From positions 416,001-480,000 of the forward strand of contig CAVPXI010000007.1 of NCBI GenBank assembly GCA_963709585.1: a stretch of DNA of 64,000 nucleotides. Reading direction: 5' to 3'. This document shows, one piece after another, positions 18,617-29,224 of this stretch. Numbering within the stretch: the stretch's first letter is position 1; each line of letters opens with the position of its first letter. This DNA comes from Candidatus Dormiibacterota bacterium. Its GTDB lineage: Bacteria; Chloroflexota; Dormibacteria; Aeolococcales; Aeolococcaceae. The position numbers and the translations under genes are program-made. The notes beneath the pieces were generated by a model. The model had not been told where the DNA came from. It was given only the letters and a program-made list of their open reading frames with translations, and did no database searches.

Positions 18617-19509
18617 TCGGTGGTGATCCCTTCGATCTCGATACCGCAGATGCGCCGGGCGGCCTCGAGGTAGCGCTGGGTCGTGCCGCGCACCACGTCG
18701 TCGGGGAGCGCGGGGCCGGGATCGGTCTTGTCCCACCCCAGGGTCTCCACGTAATCGCGCACGAATTGCTTGTCGAACGAGACCGCGGGCTCGCCCTCGC
18801 GCCACTCGGCAATCTCCCAGAAGCGTGAGGAATCGGGGGTGAAGATCTCATCGATCAACGTGAGCTTCCCGTTGATGAAGCCGAACTCGAACTTGGTGTC
18901 GGCAAGGTAGATGCCCACGCTCTCGCATCGCGCTGCGGCGTAATCGTAGAGGCGCAGTGACGCCGACTCCACCTCGTCGGCGAGTGACGGACCGAGGAGG
19001 CCACGGAGCTCGAGCCGCGAGATGTTGATGTCGTGGCCGTCGTCCTTCTTGATCGCCGGCGTGAATCTCGGCGATGGCAGGCGCGACGAGTTGCGCAGCC
19101 CCTCATGGAGAAGCTCACCCGCGAGGGTTCCCTTGTCGCGGTATTCCTTCCACCCCGACCCGCTGATGAATCCGCGCACCACGCACTCGACGTCGATGCG
19201 TTGTGCGCGCGCGACGTGCATGGAGCGAGGCAGCCAGTCGCCGCGCACCGCCTCCGGGATCGCCTCCTCGAAGTCCGGGAGCAGGTGATTCGGCATGAGG
19301 CCGGCGGTCTGCGCGAACCACCACCGCGACATCTGGGTGAGCACGGCGCCCTTTCCCGGAATCCCGGTCGGCAGGACTACGTCGAAGACGCTCAGCCGGT
19401 CCGTCGCAATCATCAGCAGGGTGCCGTCGGCGAGTTGAAAGGTGTCGCGCACCTTGCCGCGCCGGAAGAGGTTCAGGTCGCCGACATCGGCGGTGCTCAT
19501 CACTTGCAT
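18613..19509 (-). CDS. purC: SAICAR synthase
   Basis: RGKVRD, TDRLSVFD, ECVVRG, ADTKFEFG, DEIFTPDSSRFW. Confidence 0.97.
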   Translation of the reverse strand: MQVMSTADVGDLNLFRRGKVRDTFQLADGTLLMIATDRLSVFDVVLPTGIPGKGAVLTQMSRWWFAQTAGLMPNHLLPDFEEAIPEAVRGDWLPRSMHVARAQRIDVECVVRGFISGSGWKEYRDKGTLAGELLHEGLRNSSRLPSPRFTPAIKKDDGHDINISRLELRGLLGPSLADEVESASLRLYDYAAARCESVGIYLADTKFEFGFINGKLTLIDEIFTPDSSRFWEIAEWREGEPAVSFDKQFVRDYVETLGWDKTDPGPALPDDVVRGTTQRYLEAARRICGIEIEGITTE

Positions 19510-20888
19510 CAGCTCATCCTCCCGCCCGCGAGGCCGGCCTTGAGCGCGAACGCGGGTGTAGACGCATCCGCTGCCGAACGTAGCGGTGTCGTCGTCGACA
19601 GACCGAGACGGCGGTACGTCTCATCGATATGGGCGAGGTACGGCTCGATCTCGAAACAGTGCGCGATCGTCGCCTCCGAAAGGGCGCCGGCAATGTCGAC
19701 GTCGACGGTCACGAGGTCACGAAACGAGCCCTCGCCATCCCGCGCCCGAGTGGCAAGCGACTGGACGACTCGATAGGCCCGCTCGCGAGGCCATTCCGCG
19801 TCGACGATGAGTGCGGTGAGCACCTGCTGCGAGAACACGATGCCACCGTGCAACTCGATGTTCGCAGCCATGTTCTCGGGCTTGACGCGAAGCCCTTCGA
19901 CAATTCGCGTGGACAGACGCACGATGTAGGCGCTCAGGGCGCACGCATCGGGAAGGATCACGCGTTCCGCCGACGAGTGTGTGATGTCGCGCTCGTGCCA
20001 GAGCGCGACATCCTCCATCGCCGTCAGCGCGTACCCGCGAAGCACGCGCGCGAGCCCGCAGATCCGCTCGCACAGCACCGGGTTCCGCTTGTGGGGCATC
20101 GCCGACGAGCCTTTCTGCCGCTGCCCGAACGGCTCCTCGACCTCGTCGACCTCGGTGACCTGAAGCAGACGTATGGTCGTCGCGAGCCGCTCCAGGACGG
20201 CGCCGAGGAGCGCGAGCGCGGTGATGAACGATGCGTGGCGGTCGCGCGCGAGCACCTGCGTCGCCACCGGAGCGGTGGCGAGCTTGAGCTCCTGACAGAC
20301 GTGCTCCTCAACCGCGGGAGGGACGCTCGCGTGGGTGCCGATCGCGCCGGTGATCTTACCGACGGCGATCTCGGCCGTTGCGGCCGACAGACGCGTCCGG
20401 GAGCGACGCACCTCGTCGACGAAATTGGCGATCTTGACGCCGAGGGTCAGCGGTTCCGCGTGGACTCCGTGGGTGCGGCCCATCATCACCGTGAGCCGGT
20501 GGCGTTCCGCCTGCTCGACCAGCGCCTCGACCAGTGATTCGAGGTCGGCGTCGATCACGCCTGCGGCATCGCGGAGCTGGGTCGCCAGGGCGGTATCGAC
20601 GACGTCCGATGACGTCAAGCCGAGGTGGAAGTAGCGTCCCGCGTCGCCGAGCGTCTCCTGCACCGCAGCCACGAACGCAGCCATGTCGTGCCCCTGTTCG
20701 GCCTCGAGCTCGGCAATGCGGTCGGCATCGATCGCCGCCCCCCGCAGCGTGGTCAGCGCTTCAACCGGGATCCGGCCGATCTCCGCCCAACCCTCACACG
20801 CGAGCAACTCGACATCCAGCCAGCGTTGCAGTCGCGATGAGTCACTGAAGATCTTTGCGATCTGCTGCGGGGCGTACCGGGGGATCAC
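19509..20888 (-). CDS. purB: Adenylosuccinate lyase
   Basis: HLGLTSSD, GRTHGVHAEP, GSSAMPHKRNP, WHERDITHSS. Confidence 0.97.
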   Translation of the reverse strand: MIPRYAPQQIAKIFSDSSRLQRWLDVELLACEGWAEIGRIPVEALTTLRGAAIDADRIAELEAEQGHDMAAFVAAVQETLGDAGRYFHLGLTSSDVVDTALATQLRDAAGVIDADLESLVEALVEQAERHRLTVMMGRTHGVHAEPLTLGVKIANFVDEVRRSRTRLSAATAEIAVGKITGAIGTHASVPPAVEEHVCQELKLATAPVATQVLARDRHASFITALALLGAVLERLATTIRLLQVTEVDEVEEPFGQRQKGSSAMPHKRNPVLCERICGLARVLRGYALTAMEDVALWHERDITHSSAERVILPDACALSAYIVRLSTRIVEGLRVKPENMAANIELHGGIVFSQQVLTALIVDAEWPRERAYRVVQSLATRARDGEGSFRDLVTVDVDIAGALSEATIAHCFEIEPYLAHIDETYRRLGLSTTTPLRSAADASTPAFALKAGLAGGRMS

Positions 20889-20907
20889 CTACGGTCATTC
20901 TATCGGG

Positions 20908-21786
20908 GTGACCGATGGCACCTCCCTCCCCCTGGTGATAGCGCACCGCGGCGCCTCGCGAGACGCGCCGGCGAATACGCCCGCCGCGTTCGAGGCGGCG
21001 ATCGCGGTGGGTGCGGACGCCGTGGAGCTCGACGTGCGCCGGACCGCCGACGGGGTGCTCGTGGTCCATCACAACGCGTCCCGCCGCGGCGTTCCCCTGA
21101 CGCTACTGACCTACTCGGCGCTGGTGCGCCTGAGCCGCCACGAGCCACCGCCACTGGACACGGTCCTTGATCTCTGCGCGGGCAGGATCGCGCTCGACAT
21201 CGAGGTCAAGGAGCCCGGCTACGAGGCCGAGGTGATCGAGGCGGCGTCGAGGCGTTTTCCTCCGGAGCGGCTGTTGTACACCTCCTTCGAGGAGTCGGTG
21301 ATCAGCACCATCCGCCGCCTGGAGCCGAACGCGCGCTGCGGCCTGCTGCTCGGGCCCGGCCGGTTGCGCAGCCGCAGCCAGCGATACGAGGGGCTGCCTT
21401 TCGATCTCGCCGAACGGTGTGGCGCGGACCTGCTCGCCGTCCATCAGTGGCTGGCGCCGCTGCGCCGCAGGAGCCGGAGGGTCCCCGGGACCGGCCTTCT
21501 GGCGGAGGCGGAGGCGCGTGGGTTCCCGATGATGGTCTGGACGGTCGACGGGCCCCAGCGCCTCCGCGCCTATCTCGCGGACGGACGCGTCGCGGGGATA
21601 ATCACTGACCTGCCCGGCCTCGCGGTCGAGACCCGCCGTGAGCTGATAGATGGGGCAAAAGGGAAGGGACGAGCACCCGCCGGGGTCCGGCGCCCGGGGA
21701 GCAGGACGATATTCATGCCAGCCCACGTAACCGGACCAACTCGGCCGGCGTTGACTGATCGAGTGCGCCCGGTGATCCCGAGATGA
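20908..21786 (+). CDS. Glycerophosphodiester phosphodiesterase family protein
   Basis: IAHRGAS...NT, VELDVRRTADG, DIEVK, WTVD, GIITD. Confidence 0.88.
   Translation: MTDGTSLPLVIAHRGASRDAPANTPAAFEAAIAVGADAVELDVRRTADGVLVVHHNASRRGVPLTLLTYSALVRLSRHEPPPLDTVLDLCAGRIALDIEVKEPGYEAEVIEAASRRFPPERLLYTSFEESVISTIRRLEPNARCGLLLGPGRLRSRSQRYEGLPFDLAERCGADLLAVHQWLAPLRRRSRRVPGTGLLAEAEARGFPMMVWTVDGPQRLRAYLADGRVAGIITDLPGLAVETRRELIDGAKGKGRAPAGVRRPGSRTIFMPAHVTGPTRPALTDRVRPVIPR
21727..21752 (+). promoter_or_regulatory. Candidate autoregulatory ECF promoter
   Basis: GTAACC-N16-CGTT, 30 nt upstream of the ECF start. Confidence 0.5.
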
Positions 21787-22346
21787 CGCTACCTCGGGCG
21801 TATGAGGACCAACTTGTCGAGCGTGCCAAACAGGACGCCGACGCCTTTGGGGAACTGTACGACCACTACTTCGGGCAGATCTACCGGTTCGTCTTCAGTC
21901 GCCTCCGAGACCAGGAGGCCGCCGAGGACGTTACATCAGAGGTCTTTTTCAAGGCACTCCGTGCAATCGGGCGATACAAACCCTCAGGCCACCCCTTCAG
22001 CGCCTGGCTCTATCAGATCAGTGTCAACGCAATCAATGATCATTACCGCAGCCGCAAACCGACCTCGAGCCTCGACAGCGCAATCGCTGTCGCCGATCCG
22101 GCGCGCCCGGTTGACGACCGCGTCGTGGACAGCGCCGAGGCCGCGCGTGTCTGGGCAGCGATCGACGATCTCCCGCCCCAGCAGAGGGCGGCCATGACCC
22201 TGAAGCTCGGCGAGGATCTCAAGCTTGCCCAGATCGGCGAGATCCTGGGAAAAAGCGAGGGAGCCGTGAAGCTGCTCATCCATCGCGGGATGATCGGCGT
22301 CCGCCTGCGCCTCGGTGTCGTCGTGGCCCTCGAGGAGCAGACCTGA
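21783..22346 (+). CDS. ECF RNA polymerase sigma factor
   Basis: AFGELYDHY, AEDVTSEVFFKA, FSAWLYQI, LPPQQR...IGEILGKSEGAVK. Confidence 0.95.
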   Translation: MTLPRAYEDQLVERAKQDADAFGELYDHYFGQIYRFVFSRLRDQEAAEDVTSEVFFKALRAIGRYKPSGHPFSAWLYQISVNAINDHYRSRKPTSSLDSAIAVADPARPVDDRVVDSAEAARVWAAIDDLPPQQRAAMTLKLGEDLKLAQIGEILGKSEGAVKLLIHRGMIGVRLRLGVVVALEEQT

Positions 22347-24638
22347 TGTCCTGGATGGGTGGTTGGTTCGATCCCGAGCTCGAGGACCTCTTCCACGACG
22401 ACCCCGAACTGCTCGAGACGGCGCGGCAGGTGCGCGCCGCGCGCCCGCGCTCCGAGCCCGATCCGCGCTTCCAGAACCGGCTTCGCGCTCAGCTCGTCGC
22501 CGAGGCTTCGCGCGGCTTCAGCGCCCGCGGCGTGCGCCGGTGGTGGCGGCTCGGACCGACGCACTTCGCGTGGGGCGGGGCGGTTGTCGGGGCGGCATTG
22601 ATCACCGCGACAGTGTTCACCTTCGTCTCGAACCACGCCCCGGATCAGACGGTCACGGCGTTCTCGCAACTCAGCGCCCAGCACTCGGTCAGCCCGAACC
22701 AGGTGATCACGGTCGCGTTCAACCAGCCGATGGATGAACATGCCGTCGAGGCGGGGGTCCAGATCCAGCCGGCGATCAAGGTGACGTACTCCTGGAAGGA
22801 CAACAACCTGGTGATCTCGCCCGCGTATCACCTCTCCGCGAATACCCCATACACGGTGACCATCGCCCAGACCGCCATCCGCGCGTCCTCGGGCGCGTTG
22901 GCGGTGGCACCGATCAACATCACCTTCGGGACTGCGCCGACGCCAACTCCCGGCCCCGTGGCCCCGCCGTCGCTCAGTCCCGCGGTGGTCGGTTCGAACG
23001 GAACCGGCGGCTCGCTGCTCTACGCGCCGGACGGCTCACTGGTCAGCACCGTCGGTCTGCTTCCAGCGTCGGCGATAACCTCCCAGAGCCCAACCGTGAC
23101 CGCTGCAGGGGCAACCCCGACGGCGAGCCCGACGCCGACACCCGAGGGCACGATCACGCAGACTCCCGAGGTACCGGGATCGCTCGTCGAATTCCCCCGC
23201 TCCGGAGCTCCAACCCAGCTCGGACCGCTTCCTCCCAGCGCGGCGGCATTCTCGCCCAACGGCGGTCGTTACCTCGCAAGCGCGGTGGATAACGGCAACG
23301 GCGGTTCGACGATCGTCGTCACCAGGAGCGACGGAACCCAGACCGAGAGGCTCGTCGAACTCGACAACGCCCGTAACCGCGTTGACGTGGGCGACGAACG
23401 ATCGAATCATCTACACCGACGGCATCACCATCTGGTCGGTTGACGTGTCCAAGGCAAAGGCGCAGTTGTACGCGCATACCGGGTCGGGCACGATCACCGC
23501 GCTCGCCCTCGGTGGTGGATACGCCTACGTCTCGCCGGCCGCCGGCACCGGCGGCGCACTGCTGAACATCAACACCGGAGCCGCCCAGGTGCTCACGGGC
23601 GCCGTGAGTGACGTCGCGTTCAGCGGTGACGGCACCATCGTGGCCTGGGTCGACGAATCGGCGCACCCGGCCCGCATCCTTACCGAGAGCATCGCTCGGG
23701 GCGCGTCGACGCAGGCGGCACCGACGGCGGTGTCAACGCCCGACACGACCGCGACTCCCAGCGATGTCGCGCTCGATCTGACGGGCGACGAGATCGCGTA
23801 TCTCAGCACGGATTCGGCGGGCGTCGCTGAACTGGTGGTTGCCCAACTGGCGAGCGGAACGCCGCTTGCGGTCGAATCACCGTCGAATGCCACCCAGATC
23901 ACGCTGTCCCCGCCCGGCGACCAGGTCGCGTTCGTCTCGAACACGGCGGGCGGCGCGTCGATCGAACAGGCCCCGGTCCCGGGCGCCACGACGAAGCCGC
24001 ACGGCCCGCAGATACCCGCCGGCGCCAACCGCACCCTGCAGCAATTCGTCCAGGCGCAGGTCGGTCAGGACGGCCAGCCCGATTTCGCCACACTCGGCGC
24101 GCTGAGCGCACCCGGAAAGGACTTCTCGTCGAGCACGCCGCAGGACCTCAGCCGGGCGTACGTGATCAGCACCTACCTCGACCAGGGTGTGGTCGGCGCG
24201 AGCATCGAGCTGATCGTCGATCCGAGTTCCGGGCATACAACCACGCGATTCGCCAGCGAGACGCTGCTCATCGCCCAGGGACCCAGCGGTGGATACGTGG
24301 TCACGTCGGCACACACCTCGCAGCTCCGTGACCAGTCGGCGGGGCCGCACGTCGTCCAGGTGAGCTCGAACACCGCGAACGGCGTCACCACACTCCAGGT
24401 GAGCTTCGACAGCGACCTCAACCCGGGCAGCGTCGCGAGCGCGATCGCGGTGCTCTCCGCGTCCGGGACGACACTGCCTTCGACGGCTGTCTACAACCCC
24501 GATACGCGAATCGCCACCGTGACCATCGACAACGCTCCGACCGGGACATTGACGCTGGACATCGCGACCACGCTCGCTGACTTCAAAGGTCAGACCCTCG
24601 TGCAGGGCTTTACGACGAACGTCGAGGCCAATTCCTAA
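22346..24638 (+). CDS. Putative anti-sigma factor: cytoplasmic domain, TM, Ig-like (Big_5-like) domains and TolB-like propeller; frameshift at 23357-23362
   Basis: TGATG coupling to the sigma gene; PDPRFQNRLRAQL; TM; ITVAFNQPMD; AFSPNG/AFSGDG repeats; LQVSFDSDLNP. Confidence 0.75.
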
Positions 24639-25396
24639 CCGCGCGCTTCCGGTCTGAAGCACCAAAGCGTCGCGCGAACCGGAATGCGCATGGTCCCGTC
24701 CGCGGCGGTGCACGCCGCCAGCGCGCGCTGACACCCGGTGCGAATTTCGCGGAGCGCCGCATCGGATTCGCGCTCCAGGTCGGCGGCGACAGGCCGGTCG
24801 CCGACCATCGCCGCCCAGTAGTGTCCGATACCGTCGAAGCGCACCACGTCGTGCAGCGTCACCGGCTCCCAGCGCGCGCTCTGCACCGGATCTGGGCCGG
24901 CGAGACAGCGCGCCAGGAACTCGGAGTGGATCCCGGCGACATCGCGCAGCGCATCGACGAGCGCGACCTCGTGCAGCGGAGGCAGCGCCGCATCCCACGC
25001 GAGGAGCACGGCACCTCCGGTGGGGCGGGTGGCGCGCTCCGCGGTATCGAGCAGCGACGCGCCTTCCCAGAAGCCGACGGTGCAGAGTGACCCCACCCGG
25101 TCGCACGACGAATCCGCAAGCGCGAACGCTCCGCCGATCGCCAATTGCGTCGAGGCTGCGCATCCGGTTTCGCACACGTTGCCGAGTGCGGTCTGGAGGA
25201 GGGCGGCGTCGGTGTCGACGAGCACGACGGCTCCCTTCCTCGCGACCGCAGTGCCCAGTGCCACGCCGAGCGTCCCGCCGTCGCACATCAGGTCGCAGAC
25301 GGTCTCTCCGGGCTGCACGCCGAGCGCGCCGACAATCTGCTCGGCAAGCGGTCGAAGCACGGCGCTCGCGTACAGCCGCCCGAATCGCGGCTCCAC
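24635..25396 (-). CDS. Methyltransferase-fold protein with degenerate motif I
   Basis: QPGETVCDLMCDGGTLG, LVDTD, LADSSCDRV, RPTGGAV; GTG 5 nt after the biotin carboxylase stop. Confidence 0.65.
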   Translation of the reverse strand: MEPRFGRLYASAVLRPLAEQIVGALGVQPGETVCDLMCDGGTLGVALGTAVARKGAVVLVDTDAALLQTALGNVCETGCAASTQLAIGGAFALADSSCDRVGSLCTVGFWEGASLLDTAERATRPTGGAVLLAWDAALPPLHEVALVDALRDVAGIHSEFLARCLAGPDPVQSARWEPVTLHDVVRFDGIGHYWAAMVGDRPVAADLERESDAALREIRTGCQRALAACTAADGTMRIPVRATLWCFRPEARG

Positions 25397-25401
25397 GCTC
25401 G

Positions 25402-26841
25402 CTAGCCGGAAACGGCGATCGCCGCGGCGATCGCCGCGACGCGTGCGGGGTCGCGCACGACCCGCCGCAACGGTTCCTGACGTTTCGCCCATTCGTCAGC
25501 CGTCGCCACCAGGTCGGGGTGTTGCTCGATGAACGCGGTGCTGTACGTACCGGCGCGAAAGTCGGGGTCGTCGATCACCGCAAGGTGGTACGCGATGTTG
25601 GTGTGGATTCCGGTGATGATGTATTCGAGGAGTGCGCGGCGCATCCGATCGAGCGCCATGACGCGAAGTCGGCGCGTAGGTGATCAACTTGGCGATCATC
25701 GGGTCGTAGTTGGGGGAGACGAGCCCCGGGCTCACCAGCGAGCTGTCGACGCGCACACCGGGGCCGGCTCGTGGTAGCCGGTGACCTGCCCCGGCGAGGG
25801 AAGGAAGCCGCGCGCGTAGTTCTCGGCATTGATCCGGCACTCGACGGCGTGGCCGCGCGGAACGACCTGCTCCTGACGCAGCGACAAGTGCTCGCCTGCG
25901 GCGATGCGCAACTGCTCGCCCACGAGGTCGATGCCGTACACAAGTTCGGTCACCGGGTGCTCGACCTGCAAACGCGTGTTCATCTCCAGGAAATAGAACT
26001 CACCGCCGCGGTAGATGAACTCCACGGTTCCAGCGTTGACGTAGCCGACCGCCTTGGCGGCGGTCACCGCCGCCTGTCCCATGCGCGCGCGAGTCTCCGC
26101 GTCGATGACCGGCGACGGCGCCTCCTCGAGGATCTTCTGGTGACGTCGCTGGATGGAGCATTCGCGCTCGCCGAGGTGGATGACGTTGCCGTGCGTGTCC
26201 GCCAGCACCTGGATCTCGATGTGGCGTGGTTCCTCGAGGTACCGCTCGAGAAAGATCGTGTCGTTGCCGAATGCGCGCTGCGCGGTGCTCTTCGCGGTGT
26301 CGAATGACGCGCGCAGTTCATCTTCGTCCCCGGCGACGCGCATCCCGATACCACCACCACCGGCGCTCGCTTTGATGAGCACGGGATACCCGATGCCGCG
26401 AGCGGCGTCGACGGTTTCGTCGATGTCACGGAGCGCACCGGTCCCCGGGACGACCGGAACGCCTGAGCCGCGCATACGCTCGCGGGCGGGCACCTTCTCG
26501 CCCATCGCGGCCATGGCGTCGGGCGGCGGGCCGACAAAGACGATGCCGCTCTCCTCACACGCGCGCGCGAGCTGCTGATTCTCACTGAGAAACCCATACC
26601 CGGGATGGATCGCCTCCGCGCCGGTCGCGCGAGCCGCGGCGATGATGCGGTCGATCACGAGGTAGGACTGCGCCGCCGGGGCGGGGCCGATCTCCACCGC
26701 TTCGTCGGCGAGCAGGACGAACGCCGCGGTGCGGTCGGCTTCGCTGTGCACCGCCACGGTTCGCACTCCGAGGTCGCGGCACCCGCGGATGATCCGCAGC
26801 GCGATCTCGCCGCGATTGGCGATGAGCACCTTGTCGAACAT
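25402..26841 (-). CDS. Biotin carboxylase (PycA/AccC type), frameshifts near 25765 and 25665
   Basis: [62 protein letters not shown]; AAIAAAIA tail as in two-subunit pyruvate carboxylase A subunits. Confidence 0.93.
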
Positions 26842-26862
26842 GGATGACTCCTCAGCCGGTGC

Positions 26863-28656
26863 TCACGCGCCGATCTGGATGAGCGGCGCACGCGGTCCTA
26901 CCACGACGCCCTCCTTCACGTACACCTCGGTGACGGTACCCGTCCGCGTCGCGGTGATGTCGTTCTGCATCTTCATCGCCTCGAGCACGCACACGACGTC
27001 CCCGAGCGCGACATGGTCGCCGACCTTGACGTTGACCTTGAGCAGCAAGCCCTGCATCGGCGACACCACCGTCCCTTCGCGGACCGCCGGCGCCGCCTTG
27101 GCGGTCGGCGCCGCGACGGACGGGGCGCCGGCATCGCCGCCACCGGTGATGCGCACTGCATAGCTCTGTCCGTCGACCTCCACAGTGAGCTCACGAACCG
27201 GAAGCGCGTTCGGGTTTTCACCCTGCGGCTCACTGGCGGGGGCGTCGGCGACCGCGAGCGGTTCGGACGGCCGTGCGGTCGGTGCGGGGTCCGGTTCGTC
27301 CCCGAGCCGTTCGGCGACGGCGTCACCGCGGACCAGGTTGAGGTAGGCATTCGGAAAGAGCGCATAGGTGACCATCGCGGGCGGATCCGGCTTCGCGTAT
27401 CCCTCGCGGATGAGCTCGCGGCGAGTTGTCTCCATCGCGGGCTCGAGGAGGTCGGCCGGGCGGCAGGTGATCGGCTCTTCCCGGCCGTTGACGAGACGCC
27501 GGACTTCGGGGTCGATCGGTTCGGGAGGCTCGCCGTAGAGGCCGAGGCAGTAGTCCTTGATCTCCTGGCTGATGGTCGCGTAGCGGTCACCCTCGACCAC
27601 GTTGTAGACGGCCTGCGTGGCCATGATCTCGGTGAGCGGCGTGATCAGCGGTGGGTATCCAAGCTCGGCGCGGACCTGGACGACGTCCGCCTCCACCTCG
27701 GCAAGGCGTCCGAGGGCGTTGCGCTCGCGAAGCTCGGCAATGGCGTGGCCCATGGCGGAGGGCGGCAGCAGTCCGCGCAGCGCCGAGGTGTCGAGACGGG
27801 CCGCGAGCGGATCGATGACGTCCGCGTACTGGACCAGCTCCTGTTCGAGCACCAACGCGGCGGCGGCGATACGCTCCAGGTCGAGACCGGGATCGACCTC
27901 GGTCCCGGCGAACCCCGCCACCAGCGCCTCGGCGCCGGGCATCGATGCACCGCCGGCGAGCGGCGAAAGCGCGCAGTCGGCGCGATACGCTCCCGCGATC
28001 GCGGCAGCGTGGCACGCCAGTGCGGCCATTCCCGTCTGCGCCGAGATCGAGACCGCCACCGGGACCCCGGCGGCCTCGCGGACCACCTTCACCGCCTTCG
28101 CGGCGGCGGCAGCACCCAGGACGCCGAGCGGATCGTGCAGGCAGATCGTCGGGTACCCGGCATCGACGAGCCTTCGAGCCACGTCCCCGAGGCCGTCGAG
28201 GCCGCGCCCGGGCACCTCGTTGTAGACGATGACGCCTTCGGCCTGCTTCCCGGCGGCCGCGATCGCCGTCGCGCAGCGTTCGAGATTGCGGACGTCGTTC
28301 AGCGGGTCGTAGCAGCGAAAGATGTCGACTCCCGCCGCAGCGGACGTCTCGATGAAGGCGTCGACCAGGTCGTCGGGGACCTGACGGTGTCCGACCAGCG
28401 ATTGCCCGGCGATCAACGCTAGAAAGGGCGTGATCGGCGCGGCGGCGCGGATTGCACGCAGCCGCTCGAAGGGATCCTCAGCGAGAAAGCGCAGCGACGC
28501 CTCAAATGTCGAGCCGCCGAAGACGTCGAGAGCGGCAAAACCGCAATGGTCGAGGGTCTCGGCGACCGGCAGAGCGTGGCGTAGGCGCAGTCTGCTGACC
28601 ATGAGCGACTGCTGCCCATGGCGGAGCGACGTCTCCACCAACTCGAGGCGGGGCAT
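26863..28656 (-). CDS. PycB/OadA-like protein with degenerate carboxyltransferase site and intact biotinyl domain
   Basis: Scaffold motifs GGSTFEASLRFLAEDPFERL, LGYPPLITP, ITCRPADLLEP and EAMKMQN biotin site; catalytic motifs altered. Confidence 0.88.
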   Translation of the reverse strand: MPRLELVETSLRHGQQSLMVSRLRLRHALPVAETLDHCGFAALDVFGGSTFEASLRFLAEDPFERLRAIRAAAPITPFLALIAGQSLVGHRQVPDDLVDAFIETSAAAGVDIFRCYDPLNDVRNLERCATAIAAAGKQAEGVIVYNEVPGRGLDGLGDVARRLVDAGYPTICLHDPLGVLGAAAAAKAVKVVREAAGVPVAVSISAQTGMAALACHAAAIAGAYRADCALSPLAGGASMPGAEALVAGFAGTEVDPGLDLERIAAAALVLEQELVQYADVIDPLAARLDTSALRGLLPPSAMGHAIAELRERNALGRLAEVEADVVQVRAELGYPPLITPLTEIMATQAVYNVVEGDRYATISQEIKDYCLGLYGEPPEPIDPEVRRLVNGREEPITCRPADLLEPAMETTRRELIREGYAKPDPPAMVTYALFPNAYLNLVRGDAVAERLGDEPDPAPTARPSEPLAVADAPASEPQGENPNALPVRELTVEVDGQSYAVRITGGGDAGAPSVAAPTAKAAPAVREGTVVSPMQGLLLKVNVKVGDHVALGDVVCVLEAMKMQNDITATRTGTVTEVYVKEGVVVGPRAPLIQIGA

Positions 28657-28726
28657 TGCCGGGCATTCTAGCCAGCGGTAAGGCTGTGGGCTGTTGACAG
28701 GACAACCGTCAGCCGCCGGCGCGCCG

Positions 28727-29224
28727 CTACGAGAGGGTGAATCCCTCCGGGAGTTGCACCTTGGAGCGCATGCGCTCCCGTTCCTCCTTGATGCGAGCGG
28801 CAACCTCTGCATCGAAGAGACCGATGATCTCGGCGGCAAGATGACCGGCGTTCCGCGCACCCATCGGCCCGACCGCGACCGTGGCGACGGGGATGCCCGG
28901 CGGCATCTGCACGATGGACAGGAGCGAGTTGAAACCGGCGAGCGGCGTTGCCGCGAGCGGCACGCCGATCACCGGCAGCGTGGTCAGCGAGGCGAGCACA
29001 CCGGGAAGATGAGCGGCGGCTCCGGCGCCCGCGATCAGCACCTGCAGCCCGCGATCGGGCGCGGCCAGCGCGTATGCGCGCACCACGTCGCCCGCCCGGT
29101 GCGCCGACATGACCCCGATCTCCCACCCGATCCCGTAGCCGTCGAGCACCTCACCGCAGGTGTTCATCACGGGCAGATCGGACTCGCTGCCCACGAGGAT
29201 GCCGACGCGCACCGCCTTGGTCAC
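28727..29224 (-). CDS. purE: N5-CAIR mutase (class I signature)
   Basis: [38 protein letters not shown]. Confidence 0.97.
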   Translation of the reverse strand: MTKAVRVGILVGSESDLPVMNTCGEVLDGYGIGWEIGVMSAHRAGDVVRAYALAAPDRGLQVLIAGAGAAAHLPGVLASLTTLPVIGVPLAATPLAGFNSLLSIVQMPPGIPVATVAVGPMGARNAGHLAAEIIGLFDAEVAARIKEERERMRSKVQLPEGFTLS

